Shown in pieces: positions 12,801-25,340 of a stretch of DNA of 64,000 nt (the first letter of the stretch is position 1; each line of letters opens with the position of its first letter). Made by a program: the position numbers and the translations under genes. The notes beneath the pieces were generated by a model, which was not told the DNA's origin, made no database searches, and was given only the letters and a program-made list of their open reading frames with translations. The stretch spans positions 1,087,525-1,151,524 of the forward strand of contig NC_057752.1 of assembly GCF_004010195.1 (NCBI RefSeq), written 5' to 3'. The stretch comes from Chiloscyllium plagiosum (Eukaryota).

Positions 12801-13019
12801 AATGGGCCCCCTTCAGCAATAAAAGAAAACACTCAGTTTTTCGCTCAATGGTTCCATGACTGCTTTGGTCTTGTTGCTTGCTGAAGTGTCATGGAGATTA
12901 ATCTCAAATTCCTGGCAACTCCAGGATTTTCCTCATAAATCCAGGACATCCCTCAAAGGTCAGCACTGACTCCAATGCCTGTTGGCTCAGCAGTTAAAAG
13001 GTTTTACATATTAATGAAT

Positions 13020-13235
13020 CGAAACTTGAAACCTCATTGTGAAGGATGAAAGACTTAACAGCAATCCAGGTTTGTTCAAATACATTCGGATCAGTTTTAT
13101 GACACTTTGAGCTTTTACTATAAATTCTATATCCCATGATCCTGCCCCATTAGCTACCGGACGAAAGAGCAGCGCTCTGAAAGCTTGTACTTCCAAATAA
13201 ACCTGTCGGACTATAACCTAGTGCTGTGATTTTTA
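13020..13235 (+). mobile_element. Penelope-like element 3' end / pseudo-LTR with a degenerate hammerhead-like motif
   Basis: TAC-CGGACGA-A-AGAGC-agc-GCTCT-GAAA-GC-TT-GTA (13155-13189), then aataaacctgtcggactataacc, shared with 45788-45930. Confidence 0.65.
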
Positions 13236-14579
13236 TCTTTGTGACTTGTACTGGGTCAACATGGCTCTCTGTTAACTTGTCTCAACCTTCAGGAGAATGC
13301 TTTTTGTTTCTGACAAACATCAGTCAACAGGGCTCCTGTCTTCAGTCAATGCTGCACATTGATGATCCAGTTTCACATATTAATGACAAATCTCTTGGAC
13401 ATGGTTATGAACTCAAGGCAAAACTCAAAGGGGCATTAAGGGAACAAGTGTGCCTTTTATCCACACCATTAACTTGGATTATCATCCCTTCCTAGTCATA
13501 AAAACAAGGGAGAAAAGAGACCATTCGACAGAGCAGAGTATGATGTGATGAAACCTTGATGAATACATCAACCAGAACAAGGTGGTACTGCCTGTGCTAG
13601 CTTTGCCACATGGGTATGAGTGCAAAGGCGTCCAGGATGCTATAAGATTGAGGTCAGCATTCATTCAAGAGCCCGCTGCCGGAGTTAAGTGGGCCCCTCA
13701 AATGCCACTAAATCAGCAACACTGAATGCAAAGTCCTTGGGAGTGGAGAATGCCATCTTAAAGGCTTGTGCCAATCCCTACCCTGTCACATAGTCAATCA
13801 GCAGGAGGCAGTTATAAATTGCCTTTTGTTTCAAATTTATTTCTCCAACAGCTTCATTTTCTTTCACTAATGATGCATATTTACTCAGGAGATTTGAGCA
13901 ATTGCAATCCACTGTTAGTGCGAAAGGAGGAAGAAAGCAACCAAAATGGCTGCCCCCCCGAAAAGAGCACAAAGGTTGAATCTGGCTTCTGCATTTGCAT
14001 CTGAAGTGAAGACTGTGTGGTCTTTTGAATATAGCTGTTACAATTCAACTGTTTACTTAGAGCTATTTTCTCCCACAGGAAGTGAGGACAGCCCTCGAGG
14101 GAGGGTATGGATGGCTGCTGCAGGGAAATGGCGAGACATTAGACTCATTCACAAAAGCAGATTCAGTTTGAAACCATGCAATGGATGGATCTTTGCCCCT
14201 CTAAATCCCTGAGGCAGTTTTTTTGGCATAAGAAATGTAGACTTAACTTAATTCCTCACACTACCCGGCATGCTTTCTGAACAGCTCTTTATCTCTGTTG
14301 GGATAAAACAGCTCTCCTACAGGAACATATCCTTAAGGATGCATATATGTAGCGAGCTGGATTCAGGTCATAAAAGAAAGTGCAATTATACAGCTGCTTT
14401 CACAGTCCTGGCTTGACCCAAAGCACTTCATAGCCAAATCAAGTGCTTATGCTGCCAAAGTGCAGCCATTGTTGTCACACAGGAGATACAACAACCAATT
14501 TGAGCACAGCAAGCTTCCACAATGAGCGTTAGCTCAGGTAAACTGTTTTTACTGCTGCTGTTTCAATGAGATTTTAAAT

Positions 14580-14950
14580 GTTAGCCACAACTTAGTTGAT
14601 AGTACAGTCATCTCAAAATCAAAAACACATGGGATCAAGCCCACTGCATAGATGCAAGCACACAAGTTCACAACAGTACTGAGGGAGAGCTGTACTGTCA
14701 GAAGAGGAGACCTTGAGGCAAGGCTACATCTACTCACTCAGGTCGATGTAGACCATCCTATGGCAGAGAAGGGTGGGAAAGTTCTCAGGGTGCCCTGGCC
14801 AACATTTATTCTCCCACCATTCCACTCATTGTCAGCATGTGAGTGTTCTGGTTGTATATGAAACACGTACACTGACTGCACCTCAAAAGTAACACACTGT
14901 CTGCTACTTTGAACCTAATGAGGATGTGAAAAGTCCAATGTAAATCCAAA
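14580..14950 (+). mobile_element. Deu-domain SINE copy (SacSINE1-like), diverged
   Basis: cagtactgagggagagctgtactgtcagaag...ctcaggtcgatgta...gttctcagggtgccctggccaacatttattc, similar to 3109-3478. Confidence 0.6.
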
Positions 14951-15044
14951 TTCCTTCCTAATCCACATCTTGCTCTACAACCTTTTGCCACCATAATGGC
15001 ACCTTGTCGAGGAGCACTGGGAAAGTGGGTATCACTCTTAATCG

Positions 15045-15520
15045 AAGTGAAAATATTGCAGATGTTGGAAATCTGAAGCAAACACAGAGAATGCTGGAGA
15101 AACTCAGCATGTCTGGCAGCATCTGTGGAAAGAGAGAAAGTAAGCTAATTTTTATTTGAGCTTGGTGTGACTCTTCTTCAGAACTGAAGACCTTCTGGGT
15201 GTAGGTTTGCTCACTGAGCTGCAAGGTTCATTTTCAGACGTTTCAGCACCATACAAGGTAACATCAGTGAGCCTTGGGGAACTCAAGGAAACCTAAAACA
15301 CAAATAAAAGGCGGGCCATACCACCAGTGCTTCATCCAGAGACTCACTGATGATATTACCTAGTATGGTGATGAAATGTCTGAAAACAAACCTCCCAGCT
15401 CATCGAGCAAACCTACATCCAGAACCTCAACCTGAGCAAACAAATCTTTTCAAAACTTACTATCTGAAGACTCTTGTGAAGATTCATACCAGACTTGAAA
15501 CACTAACAGTTTCTCTCTCC
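15045..15520. mobile_element. Palindromic PLE-derived mini-element (host), interrupted by the element at 15192-15463
   Basis: Left arm tgcagatgttggaaatctg...gctggagaaactcagcatgtctggcagcatctgtgga...gactcttcttcagaact; the inverted right arm resumes as ...ccagacttgaaacactaacagtttctctctcc. Same family as 31556 and 36445. Confidence 0.65.
15192..15463 (+). mobile_element. PLE-derived mini-element with ~80-bp inverted repeats and a hammerhead-like core; candidate 8-bp TSD ctgaagac
   Basis: 15193-15272 is an imperfect reverse complement of 15343-15424. The core TCA-CTGATGA-T-ATTACC-tagtat-GGTGAT-GAAA-TG-TC-TGA lies at 15344-15383. ctgaagac occurs at 15184-15191 and 15464-15471. Confidence 0.72.
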
Positions 15521-16894
15521 AACCAAGCCCACATTCTCTTCCCCAAATCAGGAGAATGTGCTCGCCTCAGTCCCCTCTATCAAGGGCTCACCATCTAGGC
15601 CACCTCCCTCCAGGGTCAGGGCAATGACTGAGGGCATTCTGCATCATTGGGCATTGCCTCTTGCTCAGGCAGAACATTGAAACAGAGACCTTTCCTGTCC
15701 TGGTCGGGTGGATTTTAAATATGTTCATGGTACAACTCAAAAGGAGCAGGGCATTACCCTCTCAACTAATGCCAACCAAGCTAAACAGTCACCTTCTTGT
15801 GCAGCTCAGCGCTATGTGAAGAATAGTTGTTATACAAAGCATCATGACAAGAAGATGTTCAACTTCCAAAATATTAAACGATCGATTCCAGAGTTGCTGT
15901 GGGTAATTAGACCGACAAGGTTTCCCTCCCCGTTGACACTGCCCCAATTCTCAACAGCACACACGACATGTGGTTACCATCCTTCACCCCTCTTTCTTGG
16001 CACTGAAAGGGTTAAACAACAGAAGCACACAGAAAAGTAAAACCTCATGTGCATAGAACAAAAAGCCCATTCAGAACACTTTGGTAAACTGCACAAACCC
16101 AATGGACTAATCTTTCTCTTCTTCCATTTCAGTATCTCAGCTTCAGATAAGAGAGGAAGTATACTCTTGGAAAACCCACAAATGCAGATGTAAGATTGTT
16201 TTGGGGCTTTTTTGCTATTAACTGCAGTACGGCACTAAATCACTCAGGCCAGGATGTTGGTTTATTAAGTTGCCCCTACGCCAACTCCCTAACGGTGCAC
16301 TTACAATCACAACCAGATGCCCTTTGTGGGTCAGTTACTACAATTCAGAGCTTGCAGCACTTAAGATTAGACCAAAGCTTCTGGTAGCCAAAGACACAAA
16401 TGAATCTTCAACGCACATTCACGGGAATCTGACATTTTAAGAACAGAAATGTCAATCGCACAAGTCAAATGAAACCGGGTCAGGAGTTCAGGCTGTTGAC
16501 TGAATCCTATAAGTAGATGTGATGCCTGCTCTCCGTCAACTAAAGCCAACACCTCTGGGGGGCTTTGCAAAGCAAAGAGAAAGTAAAACTTGTAAGGCCA
16601 AGAACCAAAATCCCTTGGCAGGTTTGTCTTGTTTAAAGAGAATAGGTCCCTGCTGTGAATATATGTAGCTTCTAACTTTTACTTTCATAATGTAACTATA
16701 AGCGAAAGGAAACACCCCACAGCTCAGGGGAGATATTTCAGTTATGCTGCATGCTACAGAGTTACCCAGATATATGTGGTTGCTAACTCTGGCAGATGTA
16801 TTCTTGGAGACTTTCGAGAATGACTCAGTCCTTGCACTCCTGCCACTGGTCAACTGACGTATCAACGAAAGCAGGCAGGCAGGTGCAGCAAGCA

Positions 16895-17204
16895 ATTTGA
16901 AAGGTAAATACTATACTGGCCTTCATTACAAGAGGATTCAGTTCATAAGTAGAGATGTCTCACTACATTTATACAGGGCTTTAGTGAGACCACATCTGGA
17001 GTATTGCATGCAGCTTTGGTCCCTGTATATAAGGGATACATAGAATTTGCCCAGGGCTGGACAGTTTAGATGGAGGAATGAGTCTCAGGTTAGAGGGTAA
17101 ACCATTTAGAACAGAGACGAGGAAACATTTCTTTACTCAAAAGGTGATCAACTTGTAGACTTCATGAACGTAGAAGGCTGTGGAGGCTGGGTCACTGAAT
17201 ATAG

Positions 17205-17240
<36 letters not shown>

Positions 17241-17412
17241 GAGAGAGAGAGAGAGAGAGAGAGAGAAGTACATGTTTAGATATTAATGACATCGAAGGGT
17301 ATAGAGAGAAAGTGGGAATGTGGCCTTGATATAGAGGATCCACTATGATCATATTGGATGGTGCAGCAGGCTTGAGGGGCTGAATGGCCTACTCTTGCTC
17401 CTAGTTTCTATG
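16895..17412 (+). mobile_element. CR1 3' fragment containing an expanded (GA)n microsatellite (about 17208-17265)
   Basis: LYRALVRPHLEYCMQLW-coding segment, followed by the CR1 3' UTR gatcatattggatggtgcagcaggcttgaggggctgaatggcctact. Confidence 0.8.
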
Positions 17413-17724
17413 TCTAAGTGCTCACAGATAGGAGGGAAGAGGATAGACTCAAAGCCAGCCCTCTGAAAACCACCCCTCCTTAAAGTGTCCACCCCACAAA
17501 AAGCAAAAGGAAAAGGCTCCACTTCCTCACCATTGGATTCCCTGGAGAATAGGCCTTGACCAACAACCCTGATGATCCAGAAGCTGCCAAACTCCGATTG
17601 GCAGACCATCGAGGCCCACACAAGCTCAGCTACTCGCCGAAGCTGGTCAGTCAGCCGATTGGTCAGATTCTCTTGGTAGTGGGGGTGGCAAGTTAATCAA
17701 CCCAAAAGTCACCCTCTATTCACA

Positions 17725-18220
17725 GCTGGAATACTGTGAACAGTTTTGGGCCCCTTATCTAAGGAAAGATATACAAGATTCACACAGCTGATCCTGGATA
17801 TGAAGGGACTGTCTTATGAGGAGAGGTTGAGCCTGTACTCATTGGAATTGAGAAGAATGAGAGGTGACCTGATTGAAACATACAAGATTCTTAGGGGACT
17901 TGACAGGGGAGATGCAGAGGTTGTCTAGGACCAGAAAGCATCATCTCAGAATAAGAGGTTGCCCATTTAAAACAGAGACGAAGAGGAATTTCTTCTAAGG
18001 GTAATGCATCTGTGGAATTCTTTACCACACAGAGGGCTGTTGAGGCTAATTCATTAAGTATCTTCAAGACTAAGACAGATAGATTTTTACTCAGGAAGGG
18101 AACCAAAGGATTATGGGGGCAAAGACAGGAAAGTGGAGTTGAGGATGATCAGATCAACTGCTATCTCATTGAATAGCGGAAGAGACGAGATGGTCTAAAT
18201 GGCCTACATCTTGTTGTCTT
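17725..18220 (+). mobile_element. CR1 3' fragment
   Basis: ORF 17746-17928 (GLSYEERLSLYSLELRRMRGDLIETYKILRGLDR), followed by the 3' UTR. Confidence 0.88.
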
Positions 18221-19401
18221 AAACCGCACAGCCCAACACAGTTTCAAAAGGGAAAAATTGCAACCAAACTCTCTGAAACTTGCTCATTTCCACCTCCACC
18301 GACACCCCCAGTCTCAGTGGAAAAAAATACAACTCTTCAACAACTATTAGACAACGAGATATTCAGAGGAGTTTGGGGAGAATTAAGCTCATTTTTCAAC
18401 CAAGAGATGAGAAGCAGCTTGGTCAGGTGGCTATGGCATGCCTTTTAATCTTCACCGTAATAATTTGCCTGCAGGAAATGAAGTTGCCTTCGAGACTGGG
18501 GAGTTTCCTCGCCGCTGTGGACTGACTCACAGCCCCGTAAGCTGGACGACATGCATCAGAGGGGAAACACAAGGTGGGTGGGTCTGGTGACCTCTGCGAC
18601 AAGGCCCAACACAGAAAAGGAAGAACCGACAAACCTAACTGAGAAAAGAAAGCAATGTTTCCTGTGACAAATGAAACCAAACAATGTTTCCCCAGGAGCA
18701 TACAGTCCAACATTCCCTGTCACAAATGGCCTATTAGCCATTGGGCGCTTATATTCAATCTCTGGTCTACGGCATCAGAGTTGCCACGGAGATCAGGGCA
18801 AGTTAAAATAAAAACAGGGAATGAGATTTTCCTTTCTGAATCATTAGCCATAAGGGCCCACAAGAGGCTGGAGATTCCACGAGACTCCAAAAATAGATCA
18901 CCTCAGTTCAAAGATCTAGTTCCAATGAAGGGGCAATCTCCAGGACACAGCTACAAACAGAGTCTTGTGGGTGTCCAATTACTGCAAAAATCTTTCCTAT
19001 TCCAAATCACACACAAGAATATTGCAGGATCTACATGAACTTGTGACCAATCTGAATTAACCACAAAAGTAAATGTTTATCTGGGCCTTCTGAGCTGCTA
19101 AACCAGCACTTGCACACCCTATAATAACTAACCATAATATGCAATAGATAAATGAAGGAATCCCAACCTTTAATTCAGACACCAATTACACCAACAACCC
19201 TTGAAGCCACAAATGGCATTACCCAGCAATTCCACGTGTACACACATATTACCACTTTGGGATTCATTTCAACTGCCTTTCCTTTCAAATCGCTTCTCAG
19301 CTACTCTCTGACGTGCTCCTCAACGTTTGTTGCATGTAGAAGTTAACATCTGCCCTCAACAAAGAGGTGTACAACTCAGGGGCTAACACTGGGGCTACAG
19401 G

Positions 19402-19490
19402 TATTTTCTAATTAACCCAGAGATGTTATTACACACTTCTAGACCAGGTGAGACTCGAACTTGGGTCTCCTAGCTCAGGGGAAGGGCACC
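19402..19490 (-). mobile_element. Short tRNA-derived SINE (family of 6379/6602)
   Basis: The reverse complement contains a B box (agttcgagtct) and gtgtgtaataacatctctgggttaattagaaaatac. Confidence 0.6.
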
Positions 19491-19544
19491 TTACAGCACC
19501 TTTGTTCCACATGAGTCACAGCAAAGGTGCTGTAATTTTTTTTA

Positions 19545-19985
19545 AGGCATGTTGCTCATCCCTAATTGTCTGTGAACTGAGTTGGCCATTTCAGACGGCA
19601 GTTAAGAGTCAACCACAATGCTGACAGTTTGGAGTCATATGTCGGTCAGATCGGATGAGGATGGCAGATTTTCTTCACTAAAGGGGCATTAGTGAACCAG
19701 ATTTACAACATAAATGATAGATTGGTTAATTAATCAAATTTAAATTCAACCAGCTGCCCCCCAGACAATTAGACTGGATCTCAGGAACTAGGGGGCATCG
19801 CCTCAAAAATAAGAGGGAGGAGATTTCGGACTGAGTTGAGGAGGAACTTCTTCACCCAAAAGGTTGTATATCTGTTGAATTCCCTGCCCACTGAAGCATT
19901 TGAGGCTACCTCACTGAATGTTTAAGGCAAAGATAGATTGATTTTTGAACAGTAAAGGAATCTAGTCACTTTACCATTGTGCCAT
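19545..19985 (-). mobile_element. tRNA-derived SINE with an L2-like tail, containing a nested plus-strand CR1 fragment (about 19786-19960)
   Basis: gcagttaagagtcaaccacaatgct...ggagtcatatg...ggcattagtgaaccag matches the family at 33635-34340 and 59860-60230. The nested piece ggggcatcgcctcaaaaataagagggagg...cttcacccaaa is CR1. Confidence 0.6.
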
Positions 19986-21194
19986 CGATTGCAGTCAGGC
20001 CCATGATAAAAGATCAAAACCAGATTTATGACTAGGAGAAAGGCTGGACAGAATCAAGGAGTTATCCATTTCACCAATACTCCCACTTCAGAGCATTATA
20101 TCACAGAGACTGTGCTATCCCAGCACAATGCACTGTAAGAACGCCATGGGGACGTTCTGAGCAGTAAACAAATGAGAATTCAAACTAAGGCGTTCTGAAG
20201 GAGAGGCCAATTTTTTTTTTAAATACTAACAGAAGCATTGCTGATATTCTTAAACACTCTCACACACATCATTGTAGAGTCTTAATAGGCCTCCCTGCAA
20301 TGTGGCAAAGACCTCCCGGCATTTGTAATTCAGACAAACTTAGCTTTTTTTTCCAAAATGTTTTATAGCGAATGCTTGCTTTTGGGTTTACAGAGAATTT
20401 TCTTCTTTAAATAAAACTGCTGAGGTGTGGCATTAAAAGTCCAGCTCAAGTCCAGTTTATCTAATGTTGCAGCTTGAACAGGGCAGACAGCACAGTAGTC
20501 TTGTTTTCAAAAAAAAGAACATTTAAGAGGACCAGCCAAAATAAACAAAACGCAGCTGTAGAAAATTAAAGAAAAATGATCCCTAAGCTCAGACTGAGCA
20601 AATTGCCTGTAAATTCTACTCTTTGGATCCTGATACAGTCCCTTTCCCTGTTGATATTTTCCTGTAGTCTGTTGTGCTGTCTGCAAATCATGCAGACATT
20701 TGGGGGCACAGGAGGGGGGAGGGCAAACACACTGAACTATCAAAGGATTAGTGTTCACACTGGAATCCAACCAACACTTGCCCAAAGTCTCCCCCAGTTG
20801 TGACGATGGCCTCTAAGCTTCGGAGAGCTCAGTACAGTGAAGGACTTTGAACTTCCCAACAGAATTCTATTTTAAGAACACCCCAAAGTGCCTCAAACTC
20901 TCTGCCGTCCCAACAGATTGATGTGTCGACTGATTGAAATTAGGTCTGGGCCATGGCTGGACGTCACTAGGTAAATTGAAAAGGTGCAAACCATTTAACA
21001 ATCAAGGCGGTGCACCGCCTCCGCCATCAAAAACAAAGTAAAAAGTTCAGCACCCAAATAGCTATATTTCATGCATATGCAAAAGATGGATGTTCAAATA
21101 CAACAGTGGCTGAGATGGCAGAATTTGGCAATTGAGAAAATGTGGTCTGAAACAGTCCGAATCTATAAACTTTACTGTCTAGTAGGATAAGGAC

Positions 21195-21442
21195 AGCAAA
21201 TACATGGAAACACCACCTGCTGCAAGTTCCCCTTCAAGCCACTCACCACATATCATCGTTCCTTCATTGTCGCTGGGTCAAAATCCTGGAATTTCTTCTC
21301 TAAGGGCATTGTGGGTCTACCGACAGCGCATGGACTGCAGCAGTTCAAGGTGGCAGCTCACCACCACCTTCTCAAGGGGCAACTAGGGATGGGGCAATAA
21401 ATGCTGGCCCAGCCTGTGATGCCCATTCCTGTGAGTGAATTA
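21195..21442 (+). mobile_element. 3' tail fragment of the L2-like LINE
   Basis: Closely matches the reverse complement of 4530-4760; ends ggcaactagggatggggcaataaatgctggcccagc...gagtgaat. Confidence 0.85.
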
Positions 21443-21904
21443 AGTAAAAAACCAAACAGAGGCACTATTCCCTGGAATTTATTTTGTTACCGAGTGATTT
21501 GATTAAGGTTTCCAAGATATTAAGCAGAATAGATAGTGCACAAATAGAGGAACTATTTATGCAAGTTGGGGAGCTCTTTGAGCCTGTTCATATCACTCAA
21601 TGAGAGAAGTGTTAATCTGTGGTCTAACTCCATACACCAGTCTTTGTCCTACGTCCCTCACCACCTCTGGTTAACGAAAAAAAGCTACCAATATATCTCA
21701 GTTTTAAATGTACAAATTGATCAAGTGTCCATTGCCGCTTTTGGAAGCAAGGTCCAAGCTTCTACAAACCTGTGCATAAAATTTCACTCCTGAAAAGTCT
21801 TTTTTAAGGTTATGTCTCCTGGTCCTAAACTCCTTGACCAGTGAAATGGTTTCTCTCTGGCATCCAAAAGCGAAACTGAAATTATCTGGTGCTCTGCACA
21901 ATTC

Positions 21905-24150
21905 TGATGGATTAACATCTCTATTTAATTCTAAATTAAAACAAAGATGAGAGTGGTCGTAAAGGAAGAGTGCTAAATTGGGGCAAAGTCAACTATAGCA
22001 AAATTCGGCAGGAGCTGGGCAATGTGGATTGGGAGCAGCTGTTTGACGGAAAATCCACATTTGATATGTGGGAGGCTTTTAAAGAGAGGTTGATTAGCGT
22101 GCAGGACAGACGTGAAAAATGAGGGATAGAAATGGCAAGATTAGGGAACCATGGATGACAAGTGAAATTGAGAGACTAGCAAAGAGGAAAAAGGAAGCAT
22201 ACATAAGGCCAAGGTGACTGAAAACAGACGAAGCTTTGGAAGAATAATTGGGAAAGTAGGACCAATATGAAACGAGGAATTAAGAGGGCTAAAAGGGGTC
22301 ACGAAATATCATTAGCAAACAGGATTAAGGAAAATCCCAAAGCCTTTTATTTGTATATAAGGAGCAAAAGATAACTAGAGAAAGGGGTGGCCCACTCAAG
22401 GTCAAAAGAGGTAAGTTATGCATACAGTCAGAGAAAATGGGTGAGATTCTTAGTGAGTATTTTTCATCAATATTCACTGAGGAGAGGGACATGATAGATG
22501 TTGAGATTAGGGATAGATGTTTGATTACTCTAGGTTAAGTCAGCATAATGAGGGAGAAAGTGTTGGGTATTCTAAAAAGCATTAAGGTGGACAAGTCCCC
22601 AAGTCCGGATGGGATCTATCCCAGGTTAGAGAGGGAAGCAAGAGAGGAAATAGCCGGGGCCTTAACAGATATCTTTGTAGCATCCTTGAACACGGGTGAG
22701 GTCCTGGAGAACTGCTAATGTGGTCCCCTTGTTTAAGGAGGGCAGGGGGGACAATCCAGATAATTATAGACCAGTGAGCGTGACGTCAGTGGTAGGAAAG
22801 CTGCTGGAGAAGGTACGGAGGGTTAGAATCTATTTACATTTGAGAGAAAATGAGCTTATCAGTGACAGGCAATATGGTTTTGTGCAGGGAAGGCATGCCT
22901 TACCAACTTAATAGAATTCTTTGAGGAAGTGACAAAGTTGATTGATGAGGGAAGGGATGTAGATGTCATATACATGGACTTTAGCAAGGCGTTTGATAAG
23001 GTTCCCCATGGTAGGCTGATGGAGAAAGTGAAGGCTCATGAGGTCCAGGGTATACTAGCTAGATGGATAGAGAACTGGCTGGGCAGCAGGAGACAGTAGT
23101 AGTGGAAGGGAGTTTCTCAAAATGGAGAACTGTGACCAGTGGTGTGCCACAGTGATCCATGCTGGAACCACTGTTGCTTATGACGTACATAAATGATCTG
23201 GAGGAAATTATAGGTAGTCTGATGAGCAAGTATGCAGATGACACTAAGACTGGTGGAGTAGCAGGTAGCGAAGGGAACGGTCAGAGAATGCAGCAGAATA
23301 TCGATAAATTGGAGAGCTGGGCAAAGAACTGGCAGGTGGAGTTCAATCTGGGCAAATGCAAGATGTTGCATTTTGGAAGATCTAATTCAAGAGTGAACTA
23401 TACAGTTAATGGAAAAGCGCTGGGGAAAATTGGTGTGCAGAGAGTTCTGGGTGTTCAGGTCCATTGTACCCGGAAGGTGGCAACTCAGGTCAATAGAGCG
23501 GTCAAGGAGGCATACGGCATGCTTTCCTTCATCGGACGGGGTATTGAGAACAGGAGTTGGCAGGATATTTTACAGTTGTATAGGACTTTGGTTGGCTACA
23601 TTTGGAATACTGCATACAGTTTTGGTCGCCACATTACCAAAACGATGCGGATGCTTTGGGGAGGGCACAGAGGAGGTTCACCAGGATGTTACCTGGTATG
23701 GAGGGTGCTAGCTATGAAGAGAGGTTGAGTAGATTAGGATTATTTTCATTAGAAAGACAGAGGTTGAGGGGGGACCTGATTGAGGTCTACAAAATCATGA
23801 GTGGTACAGACAGGTTGGATAGCAAGAAGCTTTTTCCCCCAGAGTGGGTGTCTCAGTTTCTGGGGGGCTCACGACTTCAAGGTGACAGGGAAAAGTTTAA
23901 AAGAAATAAGCGTGGAAAGATCTTTACGCAGAGGTTGGTGGGTGCCTGGAACGCATTGCCAGTGGAGGTGGGAGAGGCGGGCACGATAGCACCATTTAAG
24001 ATGTATCCAGACAGATACAAGAATGGGCAGGAACAGAGGGATACAGATCCTTAGAAAATAGCCGAGAGGTTTAGATAGAGGATCTGGATTGGCGCAGGCT
24101 TGGAGGGCTGAAGGGCCTGTTCCTGGGCTATAATTTTGTTCTTTGTTCTA
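21905..24150 (+). mobile_element. CR1 LINE, ~2.2 kb, 5'-truncated ORF2 (RT) with stops and frameshifts, 3' end intact
   Basis: WRTANVVPLFKEG..NYRPVSVTSVVGKLLE, DFSKAFDKVPH, YINDL..SKYADDTK and EYCIQFWSPHY..LRGDLIEVYKIM; tail ttttgttctttgttct. Confidence 0.96.
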
Positions 24151-24304
24151 ATCCCATGCAACCAGCTTCTCTTTTCACAACAGGAGTAATGGATCACTGA
24201 TCTCCACCAGGTCTAATAAAGTAGAGGCAGATCCAGCCAAAGTCAACCAAAAGCTGGACTCTGAAGCCCCAGAGTTGTTGGTGAACATTGCTCCCTGGGC
24301 TCCA

Positions 24305-24880
24305 TAGAAAAGAAAAGTAGGTGGAGGCCATTTGACTCCTCGAGCCTGTTCCACCAATCAATATGATTATGGCCCTCCTGATTTCCCTCATAAGTGTACT
24401 GCTACTGCCTTTATACTCTTCTGAGGATTCACTTGATCTATCCTGTCCATGCCTGACATATGCTTCCTTCTTTTTCTTGACCAAACCCTCAATTTCTCTA
24501 GTTATCCAGTATTCCCTGCACCTACCAGCCTTCCTTTCACCCTAACAGGAGCATACTGTCTCTGGACTCATGTTATCTCATTTCTGAAGGCTTCCCATTT
24601 TCCAGCCGTCCCTTTACCTGCAAACATTTGCCTCCCAATCAGCTTTTGTAAGTTCTTGCCTAATTGAATCTCAATACCCTAAGTTCTATCCTCCCTCCAT
24701 TTCCCTTGATCCCTTTAGCCACATGAGCTATGTCTACCTCCTTCCTGAAAAAAAAAACAATCTTTTGGCCTTAACCACTTTCAATTGTCGGGAATTCCAC
24801 AAGTTCATCACTCTCTGAAATAAGAAATGTCTCTTCATCTCATGTCTCATTCTTAAATTATGACCCCGGTTATGGATTTA
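24305..24880 (-). mobile_element. Old CR1 3' fragment interrupted by the inverted copy at 24372-24664
   Basis: ggccatttgactcctcgagcctgttccaccaatcaatatgattatgg | tgaatctcaataccc...gatccctttagcc, comparable to the uninterrupted relative at 39660-39780. Confidence 0.7.
24372..24664 (-). repeat. 293-bp near-perfect inverted copy of 26485-26777 (internal CR1 ORF2 segment)
   Basis: Reverse complements match end to end with equal lengths. I saw one mismatch; the ORF track reads PAPTSLP vs PAPSSLP. Confidence 0.93.
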
Positions 24881-25121
24881 AAATCAGAAAGAGAGGAATC
24901 AAGGAGTTTGGAGTCACACACAGGCCTGCAGATTCCCTTCCATAAAGGGCACTAGGGAATCAGATGGGTATTTACAATCACCTTTGCTGAGGCAAGTTTT
25001 CAATTCAGATTTTATTAACTAACTTCAATTTCACAAGCTGCCACAGTGGAATTTGAACTTGTTCCCCAGAACCTCTGATTCCAAGTCCAGTGACATTACC
25101 ACTGGACCTCCATCTACCCAT

Positions 25122-25340
25122 GTAAAAAGGGAAAGTCGCTATAGTTCTACCAGACCATAGGGCTGCTGTCTCATTAGAGAGAAGCAACTGGTGGTGGTTT
25201 AACCAGAGGGTCACCATGCCTCAAGCGAGGGGAGAGGTTGGGAATGAGAGTCTTTCTTGGCAACCAAGTGCTGAAATGAACCCATGCCTATTGGCATCAC
25301 TCTACATTGGAAACCAGCCATCCAGCCAACCAAACTAACT
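25122..25340 (-). mobile_element. tRNA-derived SINE (another family)
   Basis: The minus strand begins agttagtttggttggctgg... with a B-box-like gggttcatttc, and ends ...cagccctatggtctggtagaactatagcgactttcc. Confidence 0.55.
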
